DNA from: Mizuhopecten yessoensis
Lineage: Eukaryota
Length of the DNA: 64,000 nt
NCBI RefSeq assembly: GCF_002113885.1
Contig: NW_018404852.1
Coordinates: 60,359-124,358, forward strand
Direction of reading: 5' to 3'
Part shown: positions 50,501 through 62,959 of the stretch, piece by piece
How positions within the stretch are numbered: the first letter of the stretch is position 1
How the letters are laid out: each line of letters begins with the position of its first letter
Made by a program: the position numbers and the translations under genes
The notes under the pieces: model-generated
The model's input: the letters and a program-made list of their open reading frames with translations, nothing else
Told to the model about the DNA's origin: nothing
Databases searched by the model: none

Positions 50501-51943
50501 TCACAATTGCTAGATCTATTTTTTTTTTGTGTTCCTATTACAGGTGGCAGAAACCTGTCAGCTTGCACTGGAAAGGTTAGAATGGTTGAACAGTGAGAGA
50601 AGTAAGACAGAGAAATTGTCGACCAATCCATATTCATCAGTAGATCCAGCCCCTCCTAGTGTTTCCGAAGACGTCAACAGCTTGAGAGATGCCCTTCTCG
50701 ATGAATCATTGTCCTTATTCAAAAGATACCGGGCCATGTTTTCTCTCCGAAACAATGGCAGTGATGAGGCAGTCATCGCCCTGGCTGAAGGTAGGTCTAA
50801 GAAAAAAGAGCATGACTTTCATTTTTTTCTGATTATTTACTGAAATGAAAGAAGTCACTGTCGGTAAAAAGAAAGATTTATTTCATCAAAACTTTGGACT
50901 TGTTCACAATGAGAATTGATGTCCTGACAAAGTTGAGTACTTAAAGTACCAGGTATAAATATTTAAAAGAAGCAAATACCTGTACATATAAGTGTGCAGA
51001 CATGTTTGCTTCGAAAGTGATAAGACTTGAGAGATTTCAAAAGGTTTAAAAAGCTTCTAGAGAGATTAATAGGATCTGCAGACAGTCCTTTTACCTTGCA
51101 CATACAGAAGTTTCTTAGGCCAAACAAATTGTGTGTAACAGGTATCCTGACCTACCCTAGGTATTTCTGCTGACCTAGAACTTTTTATTTCCTATTAGTA
51201 TCCAAAATTCATTTTATTATCGAGGCAAAGCTCACAGTCACTCATTAAAATTATTTTCGACATTATTGGAGCCTGACCCCTTTCTTGACAGCTTAATTAA
51301 TAGTCACAGTAATGTGTGGAAATGCATTTTAAAATTTTATATAATGCATCATATTGATCTTACTGGCCTACCCTATTTATTTCTTGCATGATACCTGACA
51401 CATGCATAATTTTTGTTTTCGCCTTATTAAAACTAACACTGGAATAGCATTGTGTTGTCATGGAATTCGATAATCTTATTTCATGGTATTATTCAGAAAG
51501 TAATTAATTGATGACAGTTTTAGGTTACTTTTGGACAATGTCCCTTTTATTTATCCAGTGTACATTGTTTAGCATTAATAAATAATAATGATGATTATCT
51601 TTTTAATTTTTCAGGTTTAAAGTGCAAAAGTGCATTGTTCCGACATGAGATAGCATATGTGCTTGGTCAGATGCAGAACAAAGTTTGTGTCAAACAGCTG
51701 TCAGAAAATCTGAAGGATAAGGGTGAGAGTTCCATGGTGCGACATGAGTGTGCGGAGGCTCTGGGCTCCATTGCTACCGAGGACTGTACGCAGATTCTGG
51801 CTGAATATTTAAAGGACTCGGAGAGAGTGGTCAAGGAGAGTTGTATAGTGGCTCTGGACATGAGTGAATATGAAAACAGTGGTCAGTTTCAGTACGCTGA
51901 CTCGCTAGTCAAAGCCCAGAGTGTTGGGACAGAAGTGAATTGA
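47542..51943 (+). CDS. DOHH: Deoxyhypusine hydroxylase, 310 aa
   Basis: Exons 47542-47821, 49890-49966, 50544-50790, 51615-51943 (933 nt, open). Four His-Glu metal motifs ([31 protein letters not shown]), [22 protein letters not shown]. Confidence 0.97.
48382..48912 (-). mobile_element. Tandem array (LTR-int-LTR-int-LTR) of a tRNA-containing mini-LTR element in DOHH intron 1
   Basis: Three LTR copies (middle one partly deleted) starting TGYAGYRGAACTGGACTGGGT on minus, two internal units with PPT AAAAAGGxGGGAGG; B-box GGTTCGAACCC; LTR end TCCTGTTACA. Confidence 0.75.
49256..49602 (+). mobile_element. tRNA-derived SINE, copy 3 (DOHH intron 1)
   Basis: Homologous to 1987-2345. Confidence 0.88.
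51118..51423. mobile_element. Possible PIF/Harbinger-type MITE
   Basis: TTA|GGCCAAAC...GTTTTCGCC|TTA; imperfect TIR; internal repeated CCTACCCTA. Confidence 0.45.
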
Positions 51944-54900
51944 GGAAAATTAAACATTTCAAAATGATACAAATGTATTTTTAGTCTCTTGTGATAAGTT
52001 CATTATGTTAATGGACTACATTACATTAAAACTTATACAGAAGTTAAATATGTCTCACTGATGCATAAGTTAAAAACTTAACTTAACTGTACTCAAAGTG
52101 TGGGAGGTATTTGATTAATATCATACCCCAACCCAAGTAAGGATGACAAAATATTTAGTTTGTGAAAAACTGTTTGCCCATCTTGTAATTTGATAATTTT
52201 CTGAATAATAATAATAGCTATTTATATATAGTGCTCTATACTGCTTAAGCTAGCAGCTCTAAAACTCTTTAAAAATTATTATAAAAGACATAAATATTTA
52301 TCAGTTAATTAAAACTGAATAAATATATATATATATATATACAATAAAATAAAATGTTTACCGGTACACATAGACAATTGATATAAAAAACTTAGCCCTA
52401 TTCACAAGGATACAGTTTCGGCACTGCATCTTCTTTGGATGTGTCCTATCTATTTCAGTCAGGAACTTGAGGAAACCCAGAAAACATACCCACAAGATGT
52501 TCTTATTAGCAATGGGGTATAAGAAGTTTGCATTAAATATTAAATTTGTATCATATTAAAAAAAACCAAAAAAAACAGCACTAATAATATCACAAATATG
52601 CAATAAACAGTTTCAAATTAGAACTAAAAAACAAATAACAAACTATTATAAACACTCAATAGTACCAAACTTGAATAATATTTAACACAAAAATATCGAA
52701 ATTGTGTTTGAAGTTGAAAATAAGACATTAAAAATGCTGTAAACATCTTATATCGCAATTGTATACCAGTGAAAGTAAAATATCTTGACGAATACAGAAT
52801 CCAGATAGCAAAACATTGTATAGTTAAAGTAAAAGATTACCAGAATATACTGTGAATACTATACATAAAATCGTCTCTAGTTGAAGTAATCACTAAAAGT
52901 ACTGTAAACATCTAATATTAAAATAGTATACAATCACCAAAAGTTAAATATCGGTAAAATACTGTAAACATCCAAAATCAAAATCTTTTACGTTTGAAAC
53001 TAAAAATTCAGACGAATTCGCAAAAAAAAAATGGAATATTAACTGCACCATGCCAATCACTGTAATGCAAACAATGACAATTAGTTTGCAGTATTGAAAT
53101 TAAAGTCAGATGTACTGTATATACTGTATATATCTGATTTATTGGATCGACTGTAAACAGGATAGTAGCCACATATATATTACTTATAGATATTATCAAA
53201 ATCACGAACGTGATCATTAAATAATTATATATATTTTTTCAAAAAATATGGCTATATCAATTTCTAGCTTTCAGTTGGAAGCACTCTCACACTCTCAACA
53301 CCGTACTAAGAATTATTGTTTAAAGTAGATACTAAATCTTGAGCTAGGATATACATATTGTAAAATGCAGTTATATATCGCCATTCCTAGACCGTTAATT
53401 TTGTTAATGTTGATAAATATCTAGCCAGGGTTATTTTGTGTGGTATTCGCCACTTGGACCCAACACTGAAAAATTGATTTAATTAAGGGTGAGGGTTAGG
53501 GGTTGACCCTAACCCTAACCCATTTAATGTGGACCTAACTGAGGTGTTCATAGTAATGTTGCATGTTTTTGGGTATTTGATCGACTTTCGGTCAAAATAT
53601 CTTCCTCCACAAATGATCATATATACGTGATGTGAAAAAATAACTCTGAGCACCTTTTATTAACTACTTTAGGTAGGAAATTAGATTGCTATCTAAGTCC
53701 ATGGTTTGGGTCCTAATATAGCTGTAACAATTCTCAGGTCCCTGTGGTAGGGTGCACCTGACATATAATGGAACTGGTCATGCATGAATAAGGAATTTCA
53801 ATACAAAGTTCCATGTTAACCAAGCGGAACGACCTCTGCACTCCGATATTAAATCTTTAAAACCAAACATTGGTTTTTATCGACTGTAAATGACCAACTT
53901 GCACGTTCATATCGAAGATGCTGCGTTTATTTGTTACAGTAGACACACTGCATACTTTTGTCTCATAAAGTTGTCGGAGATAATTAATATGTAAACACGG
54001 GTAGTTGTTTGCTGTTCATAGGTGATAATGATCTCTCGCTTGAGGTTACTTTGGTAATAGCAAGCTGATTTTGGTGATATGTTCACCTCTGTGTCGACAT
54101 CAACAATTAGCCTGAGGCTGTTTGAGGTGAACGGGTCTAAACACTGTCAAATGATCACGAGTCCCGTTTTGACCAGCTAATGAATATTTTGATAGACCAA
54201 TAACCGTATGCTCTGACACCTCCTTAAAGCGGACAAAAATGGAGCCTCTCCTTGCTGTAAATAACAATTGTACATTGTACTGTTTGTGACGAATGTTTCC
54301 GGAAGAAATAGATCAGACTGTAACAGTTACCATGTTGATATCATTTGAATTGATGTCTATTTCATTTTCCAACATCACTGATCGCTACACGAAATATTTA
54401 TGAAGACTCGAGCTCTTTGGTCTCAGATTTGTTAAAAGTGCATAGCGGCTATGAAAAAAAAGAGGACAAGAAAAATGTATTATCATTAAATGACTTCGTT
54501 TTGTAGAGGACTGAGGACATTACGAACGTTACAAAACCAAGGTCGCCAATATCCTTTTGCTCTATAATTTATATAATTGCCGGATTTGAGAAATAGGAAG
54601 GAAATAGAACTAAGAAAAAGAGAAACTCCAACAAAAGTATTGCACACGCCCACAATTAAGAAAAGAAAGAATATATTAAACAATTTATAACTCATGAGTA
54701 AACCTATAATTTATTATCAATACTTATGGTGTTAGTTATTGTCCAGAGCAATCGGCTTAATTCTGTTACATTGTATGTTGTATCTAGAAACAACTTAACC
54801 TTTATTGCATAAACATATTTCTACCGAGCTGACATTTATAAGATTATCATTATTCGGCGTTTAGTATATATAATTATATATAACGATGCAGTTAACATTC

Positions 54901-55131
54901 TTGTATCTTGGTCCACCTGACGAAAATCCCGTTCACTCATGAACCGTGTGAAGAACTAGCTATAGACTAATCACATTCCCCGTGGACATAACGTCAGGTC
55001 CGAACCAGATATCATCAACATTACCGAGACGGACGAGCGTACAAGTGGTCAATTGTGTGTATCTGATCAAAGTCTTCATTTATTGTTGTTGACCAGTTAC
55101 AAAATGTACAAAATCGTCCGACTTTATTGAC

Positions 55132-58100
55132 ATGGCATGTGATTGGTTGTACTTCATATTTATTATTTCAACTTCCCTCGATTATTTGGAATGTTCAGGT
55201 AAGTACATGCACTAGACTGTAATTAATTTGATGTGTCTTTCAAGGATGTACAATAGACGGGATCGTACTATCCAAAAATAGACAATACAATGGTGAAATT
55301 GATTATACAGTGTACCTTGAAAACTTGGGGTGCGAAACACCAGTGAAAATATGTTCATGTCACGAGCTAAAACCTACAATAAGTCCGCATTGATCAGTTT
55401 TAATATTCATGAATTAAAACACCATTTACTGGTAATATTGTTAGATTGGGGTGTCACGTGCTCCAGTAGTAGCTAAGGTCAGGTTAAGACAGTTACCGGT
55501 AAAAGGAATCCTGGTCAAATACAACTGGTAATACCTTTAAGCTTACATGCAATAGATAAGGTCATTATAATACAATAAATGTAGCATTTAAATGTATGGT
55601 ATATTTTAAAATTTTGACGACAATCAACTTAGTTACATAATTTACATGGTTTATTCAAATGTAATTAGCGACTGGATATCTAAGTTTCGTTGCCTGACTT
55701 TGAATCTATATTGCTAATGCATGTTGCCCGAGTGTAGGTAGTTAAGATATTCTGAAATCATTTTTCTGTTGTTATGATATTTATATTACATTATAAAAGA
55801 AGACATTTACTGTGAAGTGACTGAACTCACTGCCCGTTAAACGTCGTACGACGTCACGTCGCTAACAACCGAGGATTTTCATTTTTCTTATTAAATTCTG
55901 TTATCTATTTGAAAGGATTATTTTTCACTATAGAAAAAAAACCAATTTGACAAGAAAGACTTTGAATAAAAAGGCAAATACATTCACGATAAAGCTGCCA
56001 CTCACCACTGTATATTCATATCGATATGTTAACTATCTCATTATGTTAAACGTCATTCAGAACTCGCACAACTAAATCAAACAATCAGTCAGTGTTTCGT
56101 ACGATTGTAATTCCTGTCTAAAAATGTTTCGGTTAAATACAGTTCCTCTGAGTAATTTAGATAGTTAATTGTTGACATATATTTCATTGCATAAAATCTT
56201 AAGATATTTAACTGTGGAAAGAATGTATTATTATAGTAGATTTTAATATGCGATAGTGGAGTTATGTGGGATCAAAAGTCGGGGAGCGTTCCCGTCCCGC
56301 TGCAGCGGTTAAGTTTGTAAACTTCCGGTTGTAAAATTTAGCATAAGCCTGTATCTTACATGCCATTAAACTTGCCAAAAGGTTCTTTTGGAGACTTTGT
56401 CAGGTATGTATCTATGAATCTCGACAGTTGTCACTATAGCCCGAGTTTCCTCTGGCCCTAACACCAGACATTTTGACATGTATATGTCCCACTTCAGACA
56501 TCTAAATGTCTAAATCTGGTGTTTGGGCCAGGGGAAACTGGGGCTATTGTCACTAGTGCTGAACTTTAGATATTAAAGCTTTTCGCTCAAAAGCTCAGTA
56601 TTAACATATTCATGTAGTAAATGATTTAGTGTACACACTGTTGTTGTTGTTGTTGTTGTTGTTGTTTGGGGGGGGGGTATAGAAACGGGGTCCATGCGTC
56701 CATGCACCTGGTTAAGAAGAATTGTTCTCATCTATATCTTGTCTTCTACAAGTGCTATGTTGATTATACTTGCATCAATTGTGTATCAAGAGTTGCTGTA
56801 TTGAATTGCTTAGCGGATGCTGATTTTGACCTATATTTTATGCTTCATTGACTTAGTTAAGATGAATTGCTCTCATCTTCATGTAAGGTTAAGATGAATT
56901 GCTCTCATCTTCATGTTAGGTTAAGAAGAATTGCTCTCATCCTCATGTTAGGGTAAGAAGAATTGCTCTCATCCTCATCTTAGGTTAAGAAGAATTCCTC
57001 TCATCCTCATGTTAGGTTAAGAAGAATTGCTCTCATCCTCATAATAGGTTAAGAAGAATTGCTCTCATCTTCATGTTAGGTTAAGAAGAATTGCTCTCAT
57101 CTTCATGTTAGGTTAAGATGAATTGCTCTCATCTTCATGTAGGGTTAAGATGAATTGCTCTCATCTTTATGTTAGGTTAAGAAGAATTACTCTCGTCTTC
57201 ACGTAAGGTTAAGAAGAATTGCTCTCATCTTCACGTAAGGTTAAGAAGAATTGCTCTCATCTTCATGTTAGGTTAAGATGAATTGCTCTCATCTTCATGT
57301 TAGGTTAAGATGAATTGCTCTCATCTTCATGTTAGGTTAAGAAGAATTACTCTCATCTTCACGTAAGGTTAAGAAGAATTGCTCTCATCTTCACGTAAGG
57401 TTAAGATGAATTGCTCTCATCTTCACGTAAGGTTAAGAAGAATTGCTCTCATCTTCATGTTAGGTTAAGATGAATTGCTCTCATCTTCATGTTAGGTTAA
57501 GAAGAATTGCTCTCATCCTCACGTAAGGTTAAGATGAATTGCTCTCATCCTCATGTTAGGTTAAGAAGAATTGCTCTCATCTTCATGTTAGGTTAAGAAG
57601 AATTGCTCTCATCTTCACGTAAGGTTAAGAAGAATTGCTCTCATCCTCATGTTAGGTTAAGAAGAATTGTTCTCATCTATATCTTGTCAACTACAAGTGC
57701 TATGTTGATTATACTTGCATCAATTGTGTATCAAGGGTTGCTGTACTGAATTGCTGAGCGGTTGCTGATTTTGACCTATATTTTACGCTTCATTGACTTA
57801 GTTAAGAAGAATTGCTCTCATCTATATCTTGCCTACTTTAAGTGCTATGTTGATTATATTTGCATCAATTGTGTATCTAGGGTTGCTCTACTGAATGCAT
57901 ATTGCTGATGCTGATTTTGACCTGTATTTTACGCTTCATGGTTTTAATGGCTTTTGCACTGCGAGCGGGGGAGATCGATGGCAGCGTCTTCGTGTTTGTA
58001 TTGACTTTGAAATCACAAATATTTTGACGGTTTAGTCATAATTATAAGAAACTCGTTCCTCTTCAGAGAACCTGTCTCGTCGTAGTACTACGGTGACGTC

Positions 58101-61100
58101 ACAAAGCAGTAACTATGCAGAGAATATGTTCCTTGCGCATGACGCAGTTGATGGCGATGGAAGCACGTTCTCCCTGACGGCTCGAAACCAAAACGAGGCG
58201 TGGCTCCAGGTCGACCTTGGGTTCGCAGCCCGTATACAGGAAGTCGAGGTGTTACACCGGTGTGATGTCACGTGTGAGTACATATGAATAAGTTGTAATC
58301 ATGATTTCATTTGGATATTCCAACCATTCTTTATAAACTTGCTGATACCGTTTTCGGATGTGTTTTATCTATTAGGGGCCTTCTTCAGATATTCGAAACT
58401 TCAAGCTAAGGAATTCTAAGAGCCACCCTTATAAAATAATTGTACCAGATGAACAAGAAATGCATTTTTAAACACTAAGTCATAAACTTCCTACGTAAAG
58501 AATTCAATTTGTTGGATAATGTTAATAATTATATAATATGCAGTTTTTCTGTTCATTTATTGGATTCCTAAATAAATATTCTTAAAACAAAATCCTCTAT
58601 AATTTTTGAACAAAGACTCTTCATTTAATCACATATCCATTCATACTCATTCCCGCAGCAATCAAAAATTAATCTAGGAAATAGTATAAAAACAAATTCG
58701 AAGCACCATTATTTTTAAAATATAACATTTGACGTCTTTAAACGGCATACCGTCATTCCGCGTTCTTGGCTAATTGCGTCTCAAAGGTTTCAAACTAATA
58801 CTACTTCAGTCTTGTTTGTCTCATATAAAGATATGCTGTTGTCAATAGAGGTACCTTATTTTGTAAACATAACACTACAGCAAGGACAGTTACACTGACG
58901 AAGACTTTGTCCACGTGATCATCTATTTTATAGAAAGTTTTGTCGTAAATAAGTGGAAGATTTGTTTTAAAGACACGGTATTTCTTACTCAAAGTATACC
59001 CCACTTCTCTTACCTTTTTGTAAGGACAAAAAAGAAGAAGAGATAAAATACTTTCGCGATGCTTTCATTTCGCATTCAGATATTGTGATAATGTTTTGTG
59101 GTTACAGACAATTATTTCTTTTAATGACAACCATGGCGGTTGTTTTGGCGTCTACGAGTTCACTATAACTAGCTATCCTTTCCCCAGTATCAACAGTCAA
59201 TGTGCTTATGGAGTTTACATACCACAGTTGGTTAGTTACTTTAAAGCTTGTAATTAGTGACAGGATGTTTTGGTTTTTAAATGACAGACATCTGTTGACG
59301 CTGAGAAATTTTTGTGGCGGGCAGCATGACCTGATTCCCACTGTAAGGTTGTGTTGTCCGCCATGTTTGATACTTGTCGGTGTGTCGTACATCGTTTGTG
59401 ACCTATATTCTTTCCCTGATTTTAAGAGAGTTATTACGGCGTGTGACCCAAGGTGCAGGAAACAAATACCGTGCAGAATTGCATTGTTTTTCTTTTAAGA
59501 TATACTGTAGGCGGTCTTTGCGTTTGGTGTCTCATGTGCTCCGGTTGATCTGGTTTTGTTTCGATGTAGAGTTTGGACTTTATGTTTCAATTTCCGTGTG
59601 ATACACAAATTTGACAGAGCAAAATATAAAATGCTATATTGCAAACTATTCCTTTGATATCTATAACACTAAGTCATATTCAGCCGATACGAAAATTTGT
59701 TTCTTTGAAGTAGAGAAAAGGTATAACATGGATATAAAAAGGAGAACGGAAATAGACAAAGATGTTGCGTTTTCACAATTGACAAGTTTTATAATATGTA
59801 TTGGTGTGACGCTGATCTAGGACAACGGATAGCTCCAAAGTTAAGACTTAATGAAGTTATACACAGACATTATTATCTCATTCTGTCGTTTTGCAGTCAC
59901 TCGTCCACACAGATTCCACGTCTTTGTGTCCAATGTCTCCGACTTCCGGTTTGGAACTTTATGTCTCTTCGACACGGGAAATACTATCCCTAACCCTGTG
60001 TTACTGCCATGCGCACAGAGTGGCCGGTATGTGACGTTCTACAATGACCAGTCGACTTCAGAAGGTGGAAGCTCCTCGGAGGCATTTGTGGAACTGATAG
60101 AGTTCAGAGTCTTCGGTAAGTTATTATGAGTATTTGGAGTCAGTTAAATATGGGCTATTGAAGCTGTAGGGCATGTTATAACTTCAAGATAACTTTTATA
60201 TTGAATAAAAATGTTAATAGGAAATGCGACAAGAAAAGCATAAAGCAACTTACATCATGTGTAAATATCCTATTCGAATCATATTCCGCAGTTTTTTTCT
60301 TAAAAATATTCATCTACACAAAGAAATATACTTAACATGAAATAAATGTATCGATAATAAGTATGTTTCTATAATTAAAAAGGCTGTGAGGCAAACAAAT
60401 TTGGTCAGAATTCCTGTCTACAAAAATGTCACTGTGCATCTGGCTGTAACCCTAATAACGGCGTGTGTGACGTGCCCGGATGTACTGCAGGCTACAGAGG
60501 AACAAAATGCGACCAGGGTAAATATGTATACATATAAGTAATGCGCTTGTGTTATTGAATTGTTCGTGGTTAGGAAAGAGTAAAGCTCGCAGATTCTGTA
60601 CATTCGGATTACAATGAATGACAATTGGAGTCATTGTCATGCAAATTCTCATAACGAACGGTTTTTTTTTTTTTTATCTTCAGGTTGTGACAATACCTCT
60701 TTTGGCCCAGATTGTAATCACACGTGCCACTGTTCGACCCCCGGATGTGAACTCGTCATCGGACTGTGTAACAAACCCGGATGTAAAGTTGGCTACGTTG
60801 GTTCAGCATGTGAACTTAGTACGTAAAGTCTACGTATACATCAAAACAATTTTACATTGAAACTTACAAAAAGAGATGTCTTGTTAAAATTTGAATATTA
60901 ATCTTTATAGTCTTCATTAAGATATGAGTGATAATTTTGAAATCACTAGGAATGGAATATTGTAAGTAATAGGTCAAAGAAAAAGTGAAATTTAAATGTT
61001 TGCAAATACACCGTGGTAAGATTTAATATGTGGTTTAGTATTGAATTTAGTGATATATATCTGCAACAACAACGTATTTTACAGCTTGCGAGGAAACGAA

Positions 61101-62706
61101 CTTTGGAGAGAATTGCAAGCATGAATGTCACTGCAAGACGCCGGGGTGTCATCACGTGACAGGAATGTGTAACACGCCCGGATGTGAAATGGGTTATTCG
61201 GGACAAACATGCAGTAATGGTAAAACTATTATTCAATTAAGATTGATCACTACGTCAATCGGAAATCTATCATCGGAACTCATTTTTGCGGTACAAGGTA
61301 AATACTAAAAGATTATTTACTATTTACTACATGTTTAAAAAAGTTTTAGTGCGTAAGATGAAAAGTAATTTAGAGGTAAGTTACACATCCTCAGAACCAG
61401 TGTTTTTGTATCAACGCCATTGTATTATGACTTAATCTGATAAATTAAAATACCAATGCCACTTGTTACAGGCTGCGAACGACAACAATTTGGATATAAC
61501 TGCGAAAATACGTGTAACTGCGCCTCTACCGGATGTGACGACATCACGGGGGTCTGTAAAGAACCAGGATGTATGAAGGGATACACGGGCGAATCGTGTT
61601 ACAAATGTAGGTATACACATAATACATAGGCCTTTGTATCAATGAAATAACTCTATGTACAAGAACGCTATGCAATAGAAGGGCAATAGATTAGCAGTTA
61701 AGTTGATTGGCGAGCCCGCAGTGCACATGCTATCGTGATGAACGTCACAATATATGAATGCATTGTGAATTAATTGATGTCAACATGTCCGTCTGGGATA
61801 TACAGAATAGATATGTTTTGAGTAATCTGTTTCAATTTATTGAACGTAAACAACTTTCATATCATACATAAGAACAATCTTTTAAAAAGATATTATGATC
61901 ACTTAATTTATTTTCATTACTCAGCTACCGACGAAAATGACTCGCCTGCACGAGCTGGGATATCGTTTGCGTTCCTCCTCACTGTTATAGGGATATGTGG
62001 TGTATTCGTCCTCATCCTAATCCTGAGTATAGTTGTTTGCGTAAGGTAACTAATTATTATCATACAAATATTGTCGACTACAATTGTAAAACAATTTGTG
62101 AGAACAAAGTTTTATTAGTATTACGAGAATAAAAATATTAGTTTATGGCAATTGTTCCCGTTCTTCATACTGATTGGCTAATACCAAATTAAATATTGAA
62201 GAAAATATTGACTATGGTATTTTCAAACCTTTTTTCCCTGTATGATCTAGGAAGAAAAAGAAGAAGAAGCGCTCTCCGTACGACGTATATGAGCACGCCA
62301 TATCTACAGCCAACCGTCCAGGTAAACGGTTAACATCATTCGGTTCGTCGGTTTATGTTTATCTGTGCGAGAACTCGTTCAATATCTTCTGTACTAAAGT
62401 TAATGCAAAATACTTGCAAACAATACATTCTAAAAGATAGATCTACATCATTTTCTCTCACATGATTATGCAACGTTTGCTGTTTGTTTGAAATATTTTG
62501 ATTTTTTTTTTCTGTAGCTTGTGTGTTATCTCATTTCTTGATATACACGTAATCTCCAAATTCTGCAATACTATAATAACTTATTTCACTGTAGTAACTA
62601 CTGTCTTACCAATGATCGACCATGTATATTCCTATTTTTCTTTGCAGATACAGGAATACATGGACGAACAAATTTTAGTCGAAATCGTGAGCAATTTCAA
62701 GCTTAA
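55132..62706 (+). CDS. Type I membrane receptor (~427 aa): F-type-lectin-like (galactose-binding-domain fold) domain, 4 MEGF10/SCARF-type EGF-like repeats, TM helix, short tail
   Basis: Exons 55132-55198, 58067-58273, 59897-60115, 60383-60517, 60684-60818, 61085-61219, 61472-61606, 61925-62045, 62251-62321, 62648-62706 (1284 nt, open). Motifs ENLS..SQSS..AVDG..WLQVDLG..GRYVTFYN..ELIEFRVFG; C-x4-FG-x2/3-C-x3-C-H/N-C repeats; TM followed by RKKKKKKR. First and last exons are less certain. Confidence 0.88.
56437..56546. mobile_element. 110-bp MITE with TAG...CTA termini and 9-bp TSD (Academ-like)
   Basis: TSD TTGTCACTA (56428-56436, 56547-56555); 32-bp TIR TAGCCCGAGTTTCCTCTGGCCCTAACACCAGA with 3 mismatches. 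Confidence 0.85.
56665..57997. mobile_element. HINE-like element with 145-bp internal repeats and an expanded 32-bp minisatellite
   Basis: Begins GGGGGGTATAG...GTCCATGCGTCC; 145-bp units at 56711, 57656, 57801; ends GCGAGCGGGGGAGATC...GTCTTCGTGTT. Confidence 0.6.
56856..57675. repeat. Minisatellite, 32-bp unit (GTTAAGAAGAATTGCTCTCATCTTCATGTTAG), ~25 copies
   Basis: 32-bp periodicity seen directly. Confidence 0.95.
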
Positions 62707-62959
62707 TGAAAAGATGACATACTGACCTTCTTGTGGAAAGGGTCTGCAGCCGATGTTAAACGGAGCCATATTTATAGTTATGTATTTAAACTTTTATAGA
62801 ATCTTTGTTTTCTACATATTATGCCTTATAAGGAAACATTCTTTTATTTTCCATGCATCGTAACGTATGAAATATGAAGGACCATAATTTATTTGACGTG
62901 TATCATGACTTTTCGAAACATGTTTTGACGTTTACTGGACACGTTGTATAAGATACAAT

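Noticed and set aside
62272-62305. ITIM/ITAM in the lectin-EGF receptor tail (SPYDVYEHAI)
   Set aside because: Neither tyrosine has the required hydrophobic residue (L/V/I) at +3; only a generic phospho-Tyr candidate.
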